From assembly GCA_023213395.1 (NCBI GenBank), contig CM041465.1:205041741-205105740 (forward strand): a stretch of 64,000 nt of DNA. The letters run 5' to 3'. The translations under genes and the position numbers were made by a program. The stretch comes from Cycas panzhihuaensis (Eukaryota; Plantae; Cycadophyta). Numbering within the stretch: position 1 is the stretch's first letter; every line of letters starts with the position of its first letter. Shown in pieces: positions 27,818 through 41,939 of the stretch. Below the pieces are notes generated by a model, which had not been told where the DNA came from, made no database searches, and worked only from the letters and a program-made list of their open reading frames with translations.

Positions 27818-29122
27818 AGCTAGCATGGGACCCTCCCAGACCAGACCTAAGAAGGTCATCTTCTGCACCTGAGAAATGGTCCTTCAACCGTCCCTTCCTT
27901 TGGGGTTCACTAATACCCTTGATCGATTTAGGATATAGTCTCCCTTTCTCATATTTCTCTTAGAGGGTATTCTGATCCTTCTATCACTGCCTATGTTAGG
28001 GCCACTTCTCTGGCTTACTGATTCCTCCTGCACCCCCTTACCTTTTACTATCCATATACATTTTACACTAGTTAGCCATTCTAGCTCTACTCTTATAATT
28101 GGGACCTCCACAGATTGCATCCTACTATTGCCTCTGGCCTGGCCCTCATTTCTAGTAAGTGTAGGCCCTTGCTACTCTTTCTCCTGATCCTTGGGCCGAT
28201 CCTCCTCCTCACCTTCCTCAGAGAGGGAGTCCTCCTCTTCCTAATTTATTTCCTTCATCTTCTCATCTTGAGAGGGCTCTTCCATAATGGTCCCCTGGGC
28301 ATCACCTATGATTTGCTCATTTACTTCTGCTTTTGGTCTCTTAGGAGCGATACTTGGGCCCTCCTTCTCACCTACCCCTTCCTTTTTTGGGTCCCCTTAA
28401 CACTTCAATAGGAGGTATCCCAAGCACCTACATCTAGATCATCTGGAGCTATCTAGCTCATAAACTATTTTTTAGTCAATATTCCACCCCTCTATTTCGA
28501 TACTAACTTCTTCAAGAAGGCTTTTGTCAAGTCTCACTAGGACATAAAACTTGGCATTTATTAGCCATGTTCTATTCTTTATTGCTGAGTCTGTCACTAA
28601 TAATGGACCTATTTCTTTAGCCACCTCTTTTATTACTTCCAAGTTCCAAAATTACAAAGGTAACCCTAGCTTCTAGACCTAAATCAATGCCTATTTCATT
28701 GTTGGAATCGACGAGTCAAAGTTTGGGTATTACATTTCCAATGTAATTGCCTTTCAACCAAGCATCTAAAGAGATTTTAAAAGTATGCTAATAATATCTT
28801 CTTGATTAGTAAACCTAAATAGGATGCAACCCTTAGGCATAACCATAACCTCCACCGAGTTCTTCATTCTTCACTTATTCACCATCCATTTCCTAATAAT
28901 GTTAAGCCCTGGTTTGGGCCTTAAGAACCTCCCAACCAGGCTATTCACCTAGTATTTCTCCATCTTTTTAGTTACGTCTTTTGGTATAGTTATTTTGATC
29001 TGGTTGTCTTAATAAACTGGGTTGATCTCATACCCCTATGTCTCTCCATTTCTCAAAGTGTCAAAGTATGTCCTTCCCAGAGGAGAGGACTGAGTTTGGT
29101 TTATATGAATGGTTTGCTCCAT
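27818..29122 (-). pseudogene. LINE ORF1 (DUF4283/RRM-like)
   Basis: LVGRFLRPKPGLNIIRKWM and MPKGCILFRFTNQEDI; purine-rich low-complexity C-terminal part. Confidence 0.8.
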
Positions 29123-32100
29123 TAATATAAACAAATCATAACATATCAAAAACTGTCAGGCTGAAACAAACACTCACTCGACACATATAGGTTGCACTCA
29201 TAACTTTGTGGATCCTCCCTAGTGATATCTTGGCTGCCCTTGCTATCCAACTCTAATGGTTTCCCCTTAGACCAGAGTTTTGTATCTAAATACCTTCTTC
29301 CTTGAGCCGCTTGAAGTGCCTAATATTGGCTCATATCATCCCTTAGGGAACTCCATCTATTCTAGAAAAGAGGAAACTAATAGTTCTACATCTCCCTCTG
29401 TAGCTCTAAGACTACTCCATAGTCTCGAAAATAAAACCTGGCTCGAATGATGCCCTTGATCAAGCAATCTGACTGTTCTACCTTCCCAGCACTGGCACTT
29501 GAGGGTAATGCATTCTCTCCATCTTCCTTTTAGGCCTAACCCCTTCTTAGATCATCTTTGTTCAACCCCCATCTTGAAAGAGATGCAAAAACCCTAGACG
29601 TCACTGTCGCAACTTCACTTATTGATTTACCAATTATCGTCGCTAGTTCCTAACTTAAGATGACATTGTCTTCCACCATTGCTTGATATATTTATCTTAT
29701 ATACATGAATTGTATACATTTTTCATGATATGATTAATCATTATATATGTTTGATATAGTTCTATTATGTATTATGAGTACACTCCAATATAATATCATA
29801 GTGAAATTCTAAATTCTTTCATGGTATTAGAGCCATATTATGAAAGATGTTACAAAGATATGATGCAAGCTTATACAAGCCAAATTGATGAGTCAATTAA
29901 GCTAGTATGAGCTAGTACAAGAGCTAGTTTAAGGAGATTTTTGATTAGTTTTTAGTATATTAGATCAAATTTCTTATTTTGTTGACCGTTCCAATCGCTC
30001 GTTGGTTGTTTATAAGTGAAAATTTAATTATGGATAAAAAAATAATAATATTCATGAAAAGTTTAACTTGATTTGATAATGATTTGAAACTTAGGTAAAT
30101 GACCAATGTGAAAATTTAATAATCTTAATTTTATTATTTTTTAATTTATAAAATTAAATTAAATCAAATTTAATAAAATTTTAAATCCATATCTTAACCC
30201 CTAGCCATTAGTAGACAATCATATAGAGGCCATGCCACGATTAACAATGTAAATTGAAAGGGGATAAAATGATTTTATAAAGGACTACATGATTTATCAT
30301 AACATACTGATAGTTTTTTTAACATAGATTTTTATTGGAGAGTTTATTTTTCATGTCATAAGTTATGCTGGAAAGAGAATTTTAAGTCTATTAAAATGAG
30401 TGGTTTAGGATATATTTCAAAGATCAAATGATAGAGATATTAATAGGTAACATTAAATAAAATATTTTTAACTTCATAAAAGATATATTTTATGAGAGTT
30501 TTTAGATCTATTTTGGTATTTTTAAAAATATTTTTAAAGGCTCCAAAGATCATGATGATGTATATTAATAGCTACTGATGAAAAAAAAAAAAACAGTTTA
30601 AAATTTAATACATAAAGGCTTATTAATGATATTTTAAGACTTAAAACTGATGAAATATTGATGTGGAATATATTAAAATTGAAATTAATATGGGAATCTT
30701 AGATATACTAGATATGATAAAAATCCTCATTGGCATTTCACATATTTAATCTAGTGAAGTTAGCCATTAATCAAATGCATTGATCACCTGATTTATTGAT
30801 GAATATTTGAATGATATTGATGATACCACTTGGTTTTTATTAATGAAGGGCTTTAATGCTTATTTGTTAGAGAGTTATTGATGAGATAATGTTTATTTTT
30901 CCATTATTTATGAGACATGGATAAGAAATCTCATATATTATTACTTGGCACTAATTTAGCTATTGAGGTTATCTAATTGATATATAATATATATTTATTA
31001 GTGAAAAATCTGATGTGTAATATATGACAAAAGACATAGAAGCACACTATATATATTACCTTATTATAACTAACTTATCTTGACTAAGTGGTACACCCTG
31101 CTCCTAAAGTTAGTTTATTTAGATTATTCATTTGTTGATGTTGATGAGTTAATTATTAGTTGCTAAAAGAAAATTACTAATATATGCATAGATGGAGAAA
31201 GCACATAAGGTTATTTTGTATGCAATAGGTAAGAAAAAGGTTTTATAGGCTACTCTCGTATAATATACATATTATGTTGTTATTCTCATATACAAGAGGC
31301 ATGGTTTTGTAATACTCTTGTAATAATATTTTGCTTAATAGTTAAGTGTTATTATGTTTATTGATGAACCACATATAAGAAACACATCTTAGAGAACTAG
31401 TAATTACAATAACTAGTAATTGATGTACTTCAATAAATAGTTATTATTTTATATGGACATTAATAATTATTTTTATTCATGATACTGATGAGATAACAAG
31501 TTGACAGTATTGATGTTTACAGTAGCTTTATAAGTGAAGATATGAAGTCATTGAGAAGAAAATGTTTATAGAACTCATGAAATTAAGAGTGGTTATTTGG
31601 TTGATTAATGATGATTTTGTAAGTTTTATAAGTGTATTGGTCATTGATGATCACATATGAGTACAAAATGGTTTGAAGATAGATTATAGGTTAATTTCTT
31701 ATAGGAGATAATCATAATGTCGATAGATTTATAAGTTATAGGTGATACACGTTAATTTAATTTGATATAAATTTGGTACATGATATAAGTTTACAAATTC
31801 TAGGATACAAAAAACATGAAGATTTAAAAATATTAAATATTAAGGGGGGGTGTTAAAATATGTGATATCTTTATATATCTAATATTTAATATAATATAGT
31901 AGATCCACATAAAATTCTACTTAACAAAAGCATTGATAGAGGTAGCATGCATGATTGTTTATGTAAATATCGTATTAGACGATAAAAGGCTCAAAAGATA
32001 TTATAAGTTATTCATGAGGTGACATATCTATAAATATTTATACACTCCACTTAAGAACTTAAAAATGATTAAGAAAGGAAGGTTGACTTAGAGATATAAT

Positions 32101-34418
32101 TATTTAATATTATAAAGAGGAGCTCTCAACTTTAATATTTTCTCATGGTTTTTTTTACGTTAGGTTTTTAATGTATAAATCTATTGTCTCTTATGATGTA
32201 TGTATGCTTCTTGATGTTTATACTTTATATTCATGTTATTGCTTGATATGTTTATCTTACATACATGAATTATATATATTCCACATGATATAATTATTTA
32301 TTATACATGTTTGATATACTTCTACTGTGTATTATAGGTATATTTCAATATAGTATCATAGTAAAATTCTAATTTTTTACATAGAGTATATCACGCTACT
32401 AGGTAAGTGCAAGTCCTTTTAATTGATATGTGGTGATAGTGCTCTTGCTATTACTACTTAATTATTTTAGTTCAAAATACCATTCCATTTTATCCATCCA
32501 ATTCTTTACCTTTTCTCCAATGTCTCTTGTTCTTTCATATTTTGGAAGTTTTAGTTTTTTGCTATAATGATTAATCTCCTTTTGTTATCTTTTCCCTTGT
32601 TTGTGATGAGAGTTTGCATCTAATTTGATATTTGACTCAGTAGCACTAGAAGAATTTCCACTACTAAACATTGTTTTTGTACTCTTAAAACTTTCATTTG
32701 ATTTGTCCCTTCTTCTTTTTTTAAATTTGTTTTTGTTTTTGTCTCTATAGTTATATTTTCTCCTTATTTTTAAATTTCCTACTAGGTTTTACTAAAGATT
32801 CATCTCTACTTCCTTTATTTTCTAATGTGGATCCTTCTATATTTGCTTCTATCAAATCTTGCCTATCTTATAATCATTCATTGTTTGGCTTATTCACCTT
32901 TTTATTTTCTACTTTATATCTTAATTTCGTTAATTTAGTCATCATCCTTCCTAGACTTCTTTTGAGAGTTTGGTTCCTATCTATCATTATTACTAAATTG
33001 TAGGTTATTATTTATATCCATCTTTGTTTTATGATTTTCCCAAGTTATGGTGTTAATTCATAAACAAATGGTGTGTGATGAAGATAAAATGAGAGTTACG
33101 AAAGTATTAATATAATAAGAAATTTAGGAGTCAAGTGTAAGGTATTTCTCTAAAGATAGTTCTTTAGAGTAGGAGAAGGAAAGAGGTTATTCTCCTATGG
33201 GTGTTTGAATTTTAACCTTGATAGAGTTACATATGCCAATTTATTTCTCTTCAATAACCCTTAAAAAAACACCCTTTTATCTAGTAAAATTATCTAAAAG
33301 AAGGTAGATTTAAAGAAACTTACCTAACTACTATTTCTCTTTATCAATAAAAATAATATACTAGTAGCCTAATATTAGCCTCAAAAGAAAATTTAAAATG
33401 TGGCACAGTTAATTATTAATGACCTTAAGGGTGGGTGGAACAACCTAAGGAGCAATGGAAAATGATGCCTTTCCTCTTTGTTATTTATAGGGTTTTGACT
33501 ACCTAGGAAACAATAATGTAATTGGAGTTAGAATAAGAGTAGTTAAGATTGGTTTAGTTCATTTGAAAGAGTATATGTATATGTTAAGACCTGCAACTAA
33601 AAAGTTGACAACTTAAACTTATTTTGATGGGTCTTAAAGTTACATGGTAAAACCTTTCACCTATATGTAGGTTAAGTCATTCTCTTAATTCGTGATATTC
33701 CTAAGATCACGAGAAGGAATAGTGGATCAATAATCTAAAGGTTATTAAAAAAATATACTAATCCAAGTAGTAGACTTAGAAGTGGTATTCTCTCATCCTC
33801 TTGATATGGTAGGATTATTGATAAGGGTTCTTACTTGTTACCATCATAATAGGTGATCATTAAATATAAGAAATAATTATCTATAATCAAATGAGAGAGA
33901 GGAAATTAGGCTTACACCATGTTATTCCTAATATGAGGTATTCGAACATAAAGATAAGTGGGATTACAAAATAGTATTAAGCCTCTAAGGTCCATAAACA
34001 TGTGCCATTTAATTTTTAAGTAATAAACCCAAGGATATTTCTATTAGAGATCTCAATACTAAAAGTACAAAAAAATTATTTATGGAAGTGGTCAACTTCC
34101 ATAGAAGACAAAATTCCAATGATAGTAATGGGCGATATTAAAGGTTGCAACTTTTCCTTTGGTTATAGGGAATACTATACATGCTCTTATTTGGCTACTT
34201 AATGATTGATTAATGTAATTTATTAGTTATATTCATAAATATATAGAACAATTTAAGCAGGTGGGAAATGAATTATAAGAATGTTATATTAAGCAACCAT
34301 GCTTTCCAAGCATTAAAAAAAAAGAAATATTGAATATTAATATCCACATTTTAATTCAGTAGTATCTTAATTATTATTACTATTTTTTGTTACTACCCAC
34401 TAAGATCCACATTTATTC

Positions 34419-34477
34419 TATATATATATATATATCATTGATTGATATTATTTATTAATATGGTTTATTAGTCTTTA

Positions 34478-34552
<75 letters not shown>

Positions 34553-34558
34553 CTATAC

Positions 34559-34625
<67 letters not shown>

Positions 34626-34632
34626 GATATAT
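34419..34632. repeat. (TA)n microsatellite tracts within a short tandem unit
   Basis: TA tracts at 34419-34435 and 34476-34632, each followed by ATCATTGATTGATAT..ATGGTTTATTA. Confidence 0.95.
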
Positions 34633-37600
34633 CATTGATTGATATGATATATCATTGTTATGGTTTATTAATTTCTATATGCATTGTTGAACATATATGT
34701 ATCTAACTAATATGATTTATTAGTTGCTATATATAATTGATTAATATCCATATGTGTTTTCTTTGCATAATGTATGTCACAGACCCTATTGGGTCCAATC
34801 TCCATTGTTGGATTAGACATGTGATCAAGGGATATGGATGGAGAAGGGTTATTAACCCTAACTAAGTGGGTAATTAATCATAAATATCTTTGTTTTCTCC
34901 TTCCCTTTGAAAGCATTGGTCTACTACAGATGTGGCTGCTATGAGTGAAAGTGTGAGGGTTTCATTATAGGTTTAGTGACTACGAGGTCTACTACATTTT
35001 CATCATAGGTTTGATTATATTTTTTGGGTTGCAATGACAAATCTATTCATCAATAATGGTGGGTAAGCAATGGGTCCCAAATTTAGACTTATCTTCTATA
35101 ATACTCTTAGAGCATTATGAACCTCATATTTTGCTTAATATTTATGATGGGGATTTAAAGCTCTTTAACCTTCTAGGTTATTGGGATAAATTTTTAATTA
35201 AGATTGTGCTTTTTGAGCCCAACATCAAGCAACTAGGTGTCTATAGGACACATGTCAGCAAGGGTGAAATTGCACATCTTTTAGACACATTCTCAAGGTA
35301 GACTATTGTTCCATCATAGTTTAAGGTATCTAAATATATGCATTCCAGATTCCCTATGCATTCTTCTCAGACATTTTCTCTTGGAATAAGTGTGTTGCTT
35401 TTCTTTTTCCCTTTACTTTTTTCTTTTACATTAATTCTTCTTTAGGATAGGTTTAATGTCTTGTAATTTTTTTTGTATCATTGCAACATGGTAGGGTAGT
35501 AAGAGGATTAAAATGTTGGCTAGGCTATTATATGAAAAAGAATGGGGCTAATTATTTTGTTAGTTGGGCATCAAATTTAAGGGTTTCCCTTTGATGTATA
35601 CCCTTATTATAGACATGATCAAAATATTTGAGAGGATGAGCACTACATCAATCTCATTCTTCTTTCTTCTCTTTTTTTAGAAAAATGGAAGTAGGGTTTT
35701 GTAGGGGTCTATATATATATTTTTCTCAATGATCCCTATTGTGTAATTCTTATTATTAGTTAAGCAAACAAGGAGCAAGGTTCTGCTCCCTAACTCTAAT
35801 TTTCTTTTTTGTGGTTATATAGTTGAATATAAATTTTTTAAAGATGGAAATGGTTTTTATTATATTAGACAAGTTGAGAAATTTTCCTTTTAGGCCCTAA
35901 TACCAAATTGTAATAGAATTTTATTCCAATAGTCTTATTATTTTAATATATCATGTACATTTTATTCTATATAATAAAAAGACATTATAGATAAAATGAA
36001 ATCATATTTTCTTTATTATTTATATATATTTCTTTTACTTATTTTTATTTATGAGTGTATGAAACAAAGAAAGTAATAATAATATAGAAAAGTAGTAGAA
36101 TTTTCACAAACAATATACTAGAGTTTTTCCATTAAATAAAATAGTCTTTCTCTTAATAGTTGATAAGATATATATTTTTCATAAATAATACAAGTTTGCT
36201 ACAAGCTGGGAGGAGGAGAGATCTGCCAAAGACTGAAAACCTATGCCTAAATTGAGCTCTATAAACCCTTAACAGTAGTGCCTAAACCAAGTGTAGCCCT
36301 ACCTTTAGCACCATCAAACATGGACTTTCAGACTCCTATGGTTAGTAATACATGAACCTATCTCTTTGTGGCCTTAAATCTCTCCAAGATTTCGAACAGG
36401 CTCTAGAATTCCCACAATGAGAATTCAACCTAGCTTAAGGAATCCAAAGTTGTGGTTTTCTCTATTAGAGTTAATGTTTATTTTAAGGGGTCCTAGACCC
36501 CTACCTTCCTTAATTTTTGTATTATAATATTAGGATTATAATTATATAAAAGTGATGAGTCAATGGGGGTTTACGACTCACACCTCATAACTATCATATT
36601 AGATAGGAATATTATTTTTGTAATTATTAGGTTAAGTTGGTATAGGTCATTTGTATGGTAAGTAAAGATAATGAAATAAGGTTGTTTGATTTAATGTAAT
36701 GTATGATTATTATTAAACAGAGATTTATCAATTCTTTTTTTTAAAATTAATTTCTAAGGTTTTGGTAGTAAATCTTTTCAATCAATGTCTCCATTACATG
36801 CCTTACTATTATATTCATGGTATTAGAGCCAAGTTTGATGGTGTATTTGTCAACTGTAATTGTTGATATTACACCTGCTCTAGTTATTAATGAAGAGTAA
36901 CATATTGGACATTCATAAAATTTTACTTTGTTGGCTGAGTTATTTAGTTTTTAAAGCATTTTAAAAATATGGATGTTGTTAAGTTCAAGTTGCAGGTAGT
37001 TGAATATTGATTGCAGGTATAAAACAAATACATACAACTAATTATAAGCATGAAGACTCATATGCAAGTTTGATGAGGCAAACAAATGAATAATTGTGGC
37101 ATGCAATTTAAGATATTTTACATGCAGGCTGAATAATTAACATACAAGTAAGAAAATAGTCTGTGGGCCATTGTGAACCTCTATTCTAATATCCTCCTTA
37201 AGTGATGAATTAATTGTTAACTATTATAGTAAATCAATCTCTATTTACCGTGCTTTAGAAATTCTCTAATAGTATTATATATCGAATAGAATGTTAGGCA
37301 AGTTATTATGATCTTTATTGATATAATTTTTGCTGAACACGATGAAATATATTAAAATTAAAGATTAAATAAAATATTAAAAAAAAAACCCTTACAAAGA
37401 GGTCTTTATTCAATTAAAAATATTATAAAAGATATAATATATAGTTTGAAAACTATGTAAGCTATCAAATATTTTTAACAAATGACCTCCATCTTCTTCA
37501 CAGTGACCTAGTGACCTTGTGCAACCTACAATCTATGAAAATAATCACTAGATGATAAACAAAGCAACCATTAAATGAAGTAGACATTAGGCTCATAATG

Positions 37601-39296
37601 TGCATGTAGACCTGAAACACCATCAAAACAAAGGTGACATGATGAATAGTAAATATGTTGGAGATAAGACAATATGGCATAAGTTATAAACAATCATATA
37701 GAGATGAAATATAAAATGGCATATGTGGAATTAATTCACAATCCACAGATGAATAAAGAGAAGTCAAAGAGGACTAAAGAACATACAGGAGATTGAGATG
37801 CTCAACTGAGCACTTAACTATAAGCACAAAGACACATAAAGGATGCAAAGGCTATTAAAAACATAATGACTAAGTAGGAAATGACATAAGTAGCCATCGC
37901 ATAAAAAGGTGCTAATGATCATAATGCTATGGTGAAGCACATGCTAACATAGAATGAGATGCAATATAGAGGAGTTGAATAGACGAAGTGGCACTTACTA
38001 AAGAGTAGAGATCCATCATAGAGAACTAGATAGAGGTTTAATTAAGAAAAGGAGGAAAAAATACAGTGATTGAATATAAAAACTTTAAACATAAAGATAA
38101 AACTTGGATAGAGGAAGAAGAACACTTATTTTTGCATGTCCACCATTGCTAGATGCAATGGAATAATGAAGTATAACCTATCAAACTAAACATTACAATT
38201 TAATTATGCAATGATGGAGGAAGTTTTAGAGAAAATGGATTCTTGTAGTAGTTGTAACTAATTCTATGGAGGGGCTATCCATTACCCATACATTCTCAAC
38301 AAATATTCCTAAATTAACTTTAGGTTAAAAATATTAAACTTGTTATAAAGTTTAGGGAAATTTAACTATATTGGAATGTAATTTAAAATCTGTGAGTTAA
38401 TCGCCTATTGGTAGCCCCTAATCACATAGTTATTTGGGTAATAGAGTTTTTTTTAGATCACCATGAGTTTATCTTTCAAAAATAAATATATGACCATGAC
38501 TAGTTTCTTGAGAACTTTAATTTGGTAACAGTCATATGTTACATTTTAATATAAAATTTCACAAATTTTTTTTTTTGAGTTTTTTAATAGCATTCTAGCT
38601 ACCTATGAGTAGATCAAGATAGAAAACCACTCATTTCAACTACTTGCATGTAGACTGAGGACTTATATGACTATTTTCTTTATTTTTGTGCTTGTTTTTC
38701 TTATATTTTAGTTGATTTTTTGTTGCACACTACTTTAAAAATGGCTAGTGGAAGTGGGATCCTAGGTGCAATTTTAGAAAAAATTACAAATCCCAAAAAT
38801 AAAGAAAACCACATGTTTAGTTTCCTTTACTTTAATGGCATTTAGAAATATGTTGATGAATAAGTTAGGGGAAAACATGCAAAAGAAATTATAACTTTTG
38901 AAACCAAAATAATGACTAATATATTGGGGTTAATAGTCATCACCCCACTCCCACCTTCCAACTAGGAGTGCACTCCTCATCTTCATCAATTTATACATGT
39001 GGGTGCTCAACATGTGTATGTAAGTATAAGGTAAGTTTAGTTAATTTGAGTTAAATTTATATTATTTTATTGTTATTTAAATTTTAGGGGTTGAAGAGTT
39101 TCCCTCCTCCCCCAAACTATATAATTTGAGAAGTGTGCAACTATGGTGTTTTTAGACATCACCTTCAATATTAGACATTTGCAACTCTCTTCACAATATG
39201 GATTGAATACAATGGCTCTCATGATTGTGCAACATTGATGTATTGATGATTTATTCTATGTTCTACCCTGTTCTCCATGATTTTATCTCCTTCATT

Positions 39297-39391
39297 TGGT
39301 ATCAGAGCATTTGGGCCTGCATTCTAATTTCTACATCTGGTATCAGAGCTTGGTTTAACTACATTCTTTTTTCTACATCTGGTATTAGAGC
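39297..39391 (+). promoter_or_regulatory. Three tandem tRNAi-Met primer-binding sites
   Basis: TGGTATCAGAGC at 39297 and 39338, TGGTATTAGAGC at 39380, each preceded by CA plus 2 nt. The first is also present in the 3' LTR at 45659. Confidence 0.95.
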
Positions 39392-39619
39392 AGAGATTTT
39401 AATAGGCTATTATATCTCCTATTGAAGTTTTTATAAAGAGCAACAAGATTTATTGGCATTCACAATAGATTTACTCAAGCAAGTAAAATATTGGTTACAT
39501 TTATTTTTTGTAATGTTTTTTAGCAGTTTCTTATATTTTTTAATTAGATTTGATTATTCTTGAGTTATTCTTAAAAAATAACAAAGATATTTCAGATTTA
39601 TTCTCAGATTTATGCAGGT

Positions 39620-40350
39620 GTATAGCTGTAAACAATAAATATCAAGCTTTTATCACTTTATAAAAAGTTTTATCAATATTTTTAATATATTTTTGTCATA
39701 TATTTGATATTTTTTAAGCATATTTTATCTTTTTATCTAATACTTTTTTAGATCTACATAGAATTTCAGCTATAAGCAATATTTATTTAATGTTTTCTTC
39801 AGATCTGCTATATATCTTTCAGATCTGTATATTTTTATCATATATTTCACTATTTTTTAGTAGATTCTTATTTATTTATCTTATATTTCTTAGATTTACA
39901 TAGGAGTTTAACTACAAGCAGTATTTATTCAAAGTTTTACTTTAAATCTGCTATATATCCTTTAGATCTATTCATTTTTATCAAATATTTGATAATTTTT
40001 TGGTTTATTTTGTTCAGATCTATAATTTCTACTTAAGATATGCTATATTTATTTTAGATATGTAATATTGGCTACAGGTTTGTAATATTTATTCAAGTTT
40101 TTTTAGATCTGCTATATATTTTCTTGTATCAGCTATATATTTTTTAGATCTGCTTATTTTATTAAGTATTTCACCATTTTTTGCTATATTTATTTTAGAT
40201 ATGTAATATTGGCTACAGATCTGCAATATTCACTTTAGATCTGCAATAATTACTTCAGATCTTCAATTTTTATTCAAGTTTTCTTATAGATCTGTATGTT
40301 TTTTCATATATTTAACCATTTCTTCAAGTTCTTCTTTTAGATTTACAAAT
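39620..40350 (+). repeat. Degenerate ~140-bp tandem repeats rich in TTYAGATCT
   Basis: For example, TGCTATATTTATTTTAGATATGTAATATTGGCTACAG recurs at 40041 and 40182. Confidence 0.75.
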
Positions 40351-41000
40351 TTTGGGGTATATTCAGCTTTCTAGAGAAGCATATACAACATATCTCATCT
40401 TTAGAAGTCTATTTTCTATTGCAAGTCTGCTACAATTGTTTATCAGGTTTTTTAAGTTTCATTTTCAGATTTAAACATATACATATTTCTTGACTCTCTG
40501 ATATATCAGCTTCACACATTTAAAAAATCTCAGATATAAATATATATATGCATTTTATTTGATATATTTTCTTCAAAATATTTAAAAAATTTTCCATTTT
40601 CATTTGTGGCTTGATTGAATCACCAGTTTTTTATGAGTTTATATATAAATATTTTCATTTAAATATTTTTCATTATCATTTTAAGTGATAAGATTGTATT
40701 TTTAGCTTATCTTGGTTAAGCTTTCAGTCTATTTTCTTAGTCTCTTTCATTGCCATAGCTTCCTGCTTGATTTATGAAGAGCTCATTTATCATTTCAATT
40801 AAAACCTCTGTATGTCATTTCCATTCATTGCATGGCATGATAGTCATCTCTTCATCTTTATATTTATACTTCAGATTCATGTCTAGCAACAGACATAGAG
40901 ATAAGAGGTGCATTCAAAGAATGTGAAAGAAGTCTCATCTTGAATACTAGAATCTGATGCAATCTTGATGTCAACATTCTGGTATCTACTCCATCAGCTG

Positions 41001-41067
41001 GACTATTAAATCAGAATGTGTAGTGGCCCCAAAAGGGGTCTCCCATAACCAGAAAAGCTATATTGGA
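41001..41067 (-). pseudogene. DPH5: Captured fragment of diphthine methyl ester synthase
   Basis: Reverse complement translates [12 protein letters not shown], then after a +1 nt frameshift [10 protein letters not shown], matching the DPH5 signature [21 protein letters not shown]. Confidence 0.88.
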
Positions 41068-41939
41068 CATTAAGAATCAGATGATCCAAGAAGCACAAGA
41101 AAATCTAGTAAATTTTAATTGTATATATGAGTGCAAGAGAGAATATCAATAACTAAACCTTTTTTAATACAATTGAGACAAATGCCCCCTTGTATCTTTT
41201 CCTACATAGGTTGCAAATAAGCAATGTATTAAGAGCTCAATGTAAACAGTCAGCCTGAAAATTTTAAGAAAGTATTTCAAATATAAAATATCCTTATTGT
41301 ACACAAAAAATAACTAAAATAAATAACAAAAAGGCTAACTTTCACCATAAAAACAAAGAGTATCAACATGTTGTCAACTCTAAAATGCACTGCTTCACTT
41401 GCATATTGAAACCAAACAAAGATTCTAGATTTCACGAAAAGAAAAAAAAAAAAAGCAGCATCAACATAGTCAATATTTGAAAATTTTCTGATTCAAAGCT
41501 AGCCTTGATAACTTTAAGTGCTTGTAAAGCAACTAACATTTCCTGAAGCCTTAAAACCTTCTCTTTTAACCTAAGGTTTGCCCTTAGTCAAATCATCCTG
41601 AACACTTTTCAATGATGTTGCAATCTTTCTAAACTCACACATAATCCTGTCATTGCACTGTTACATTTTCTTGGCAACAAGGATTACCACTACAAAGGCA
41701 ATATCCAGTGTGTTCTCTTTCATCCTAAATTCTTTAAGACTTTGGTTAGCTTTTTCTATTTCTTTTGCTTGATTCTCAACCTCATACATAATTTGCTTCC
41801 AATATTTGCTTCATATTAAGGGCCTTTTGATATTAGCCAATGTATGCTTCCATTAAGAAGGCTATTTAAATCCTTGATGTATGATTGGATTCTTGCATTC
41901 GATAGTGCCAGCATTGCTCCAGTTACTGCATATCTCTAT

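Larger units (their letters stand above)
23495..29677 (-). mobile_element. Full-length decayed plant L1-clade LINE with RNase H
   Basis: Poly(T) at 23495-23507. 19-bp TSD ATTGCTTGATATATTTATC at 23476-23494 and 29678-29696. ORF1 and ORF2 remnants present. Confidence 0.96.
23164..32381 (+). mobile_element. Element D: non-coding LARD/TRIM-like LTR element; 5' LTR split by a LINE
   Basis: 5' LTR 23164-23494 plus 29697-29821. PBS TGGTATTAGAGC at 29822-29833. About 2 kb of non-coding interior. PPT AAGGGGGGG at 31842-31850. 3' LTR 31851-32381. Confidence 0.9.
22244..33060 (-). mobile_element. Highly decayed gypsy-like gag/leader remnant split by element D
   Basis: Gag-like FIQGKDKLMRFINRLN at ~22930-22980. 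Possible deaminated TGGCGCC-type PBS at ~33039-33056. Boundaries approximate. Confidence 0.35.

Noticed and set aside
36170-36468. Possible LINE 3' remnant (KVMFDGAKG-like) as the target of element E
   Set aside because: A single frameshifted motif; too weak to annotate.
39297-39391. CRISPR-like repeat-spacer appearance
   Set aside because: The repeat is the retrotransposon tRNAi-Met PBS, the context is eukaryotic, and there are no cas genes.
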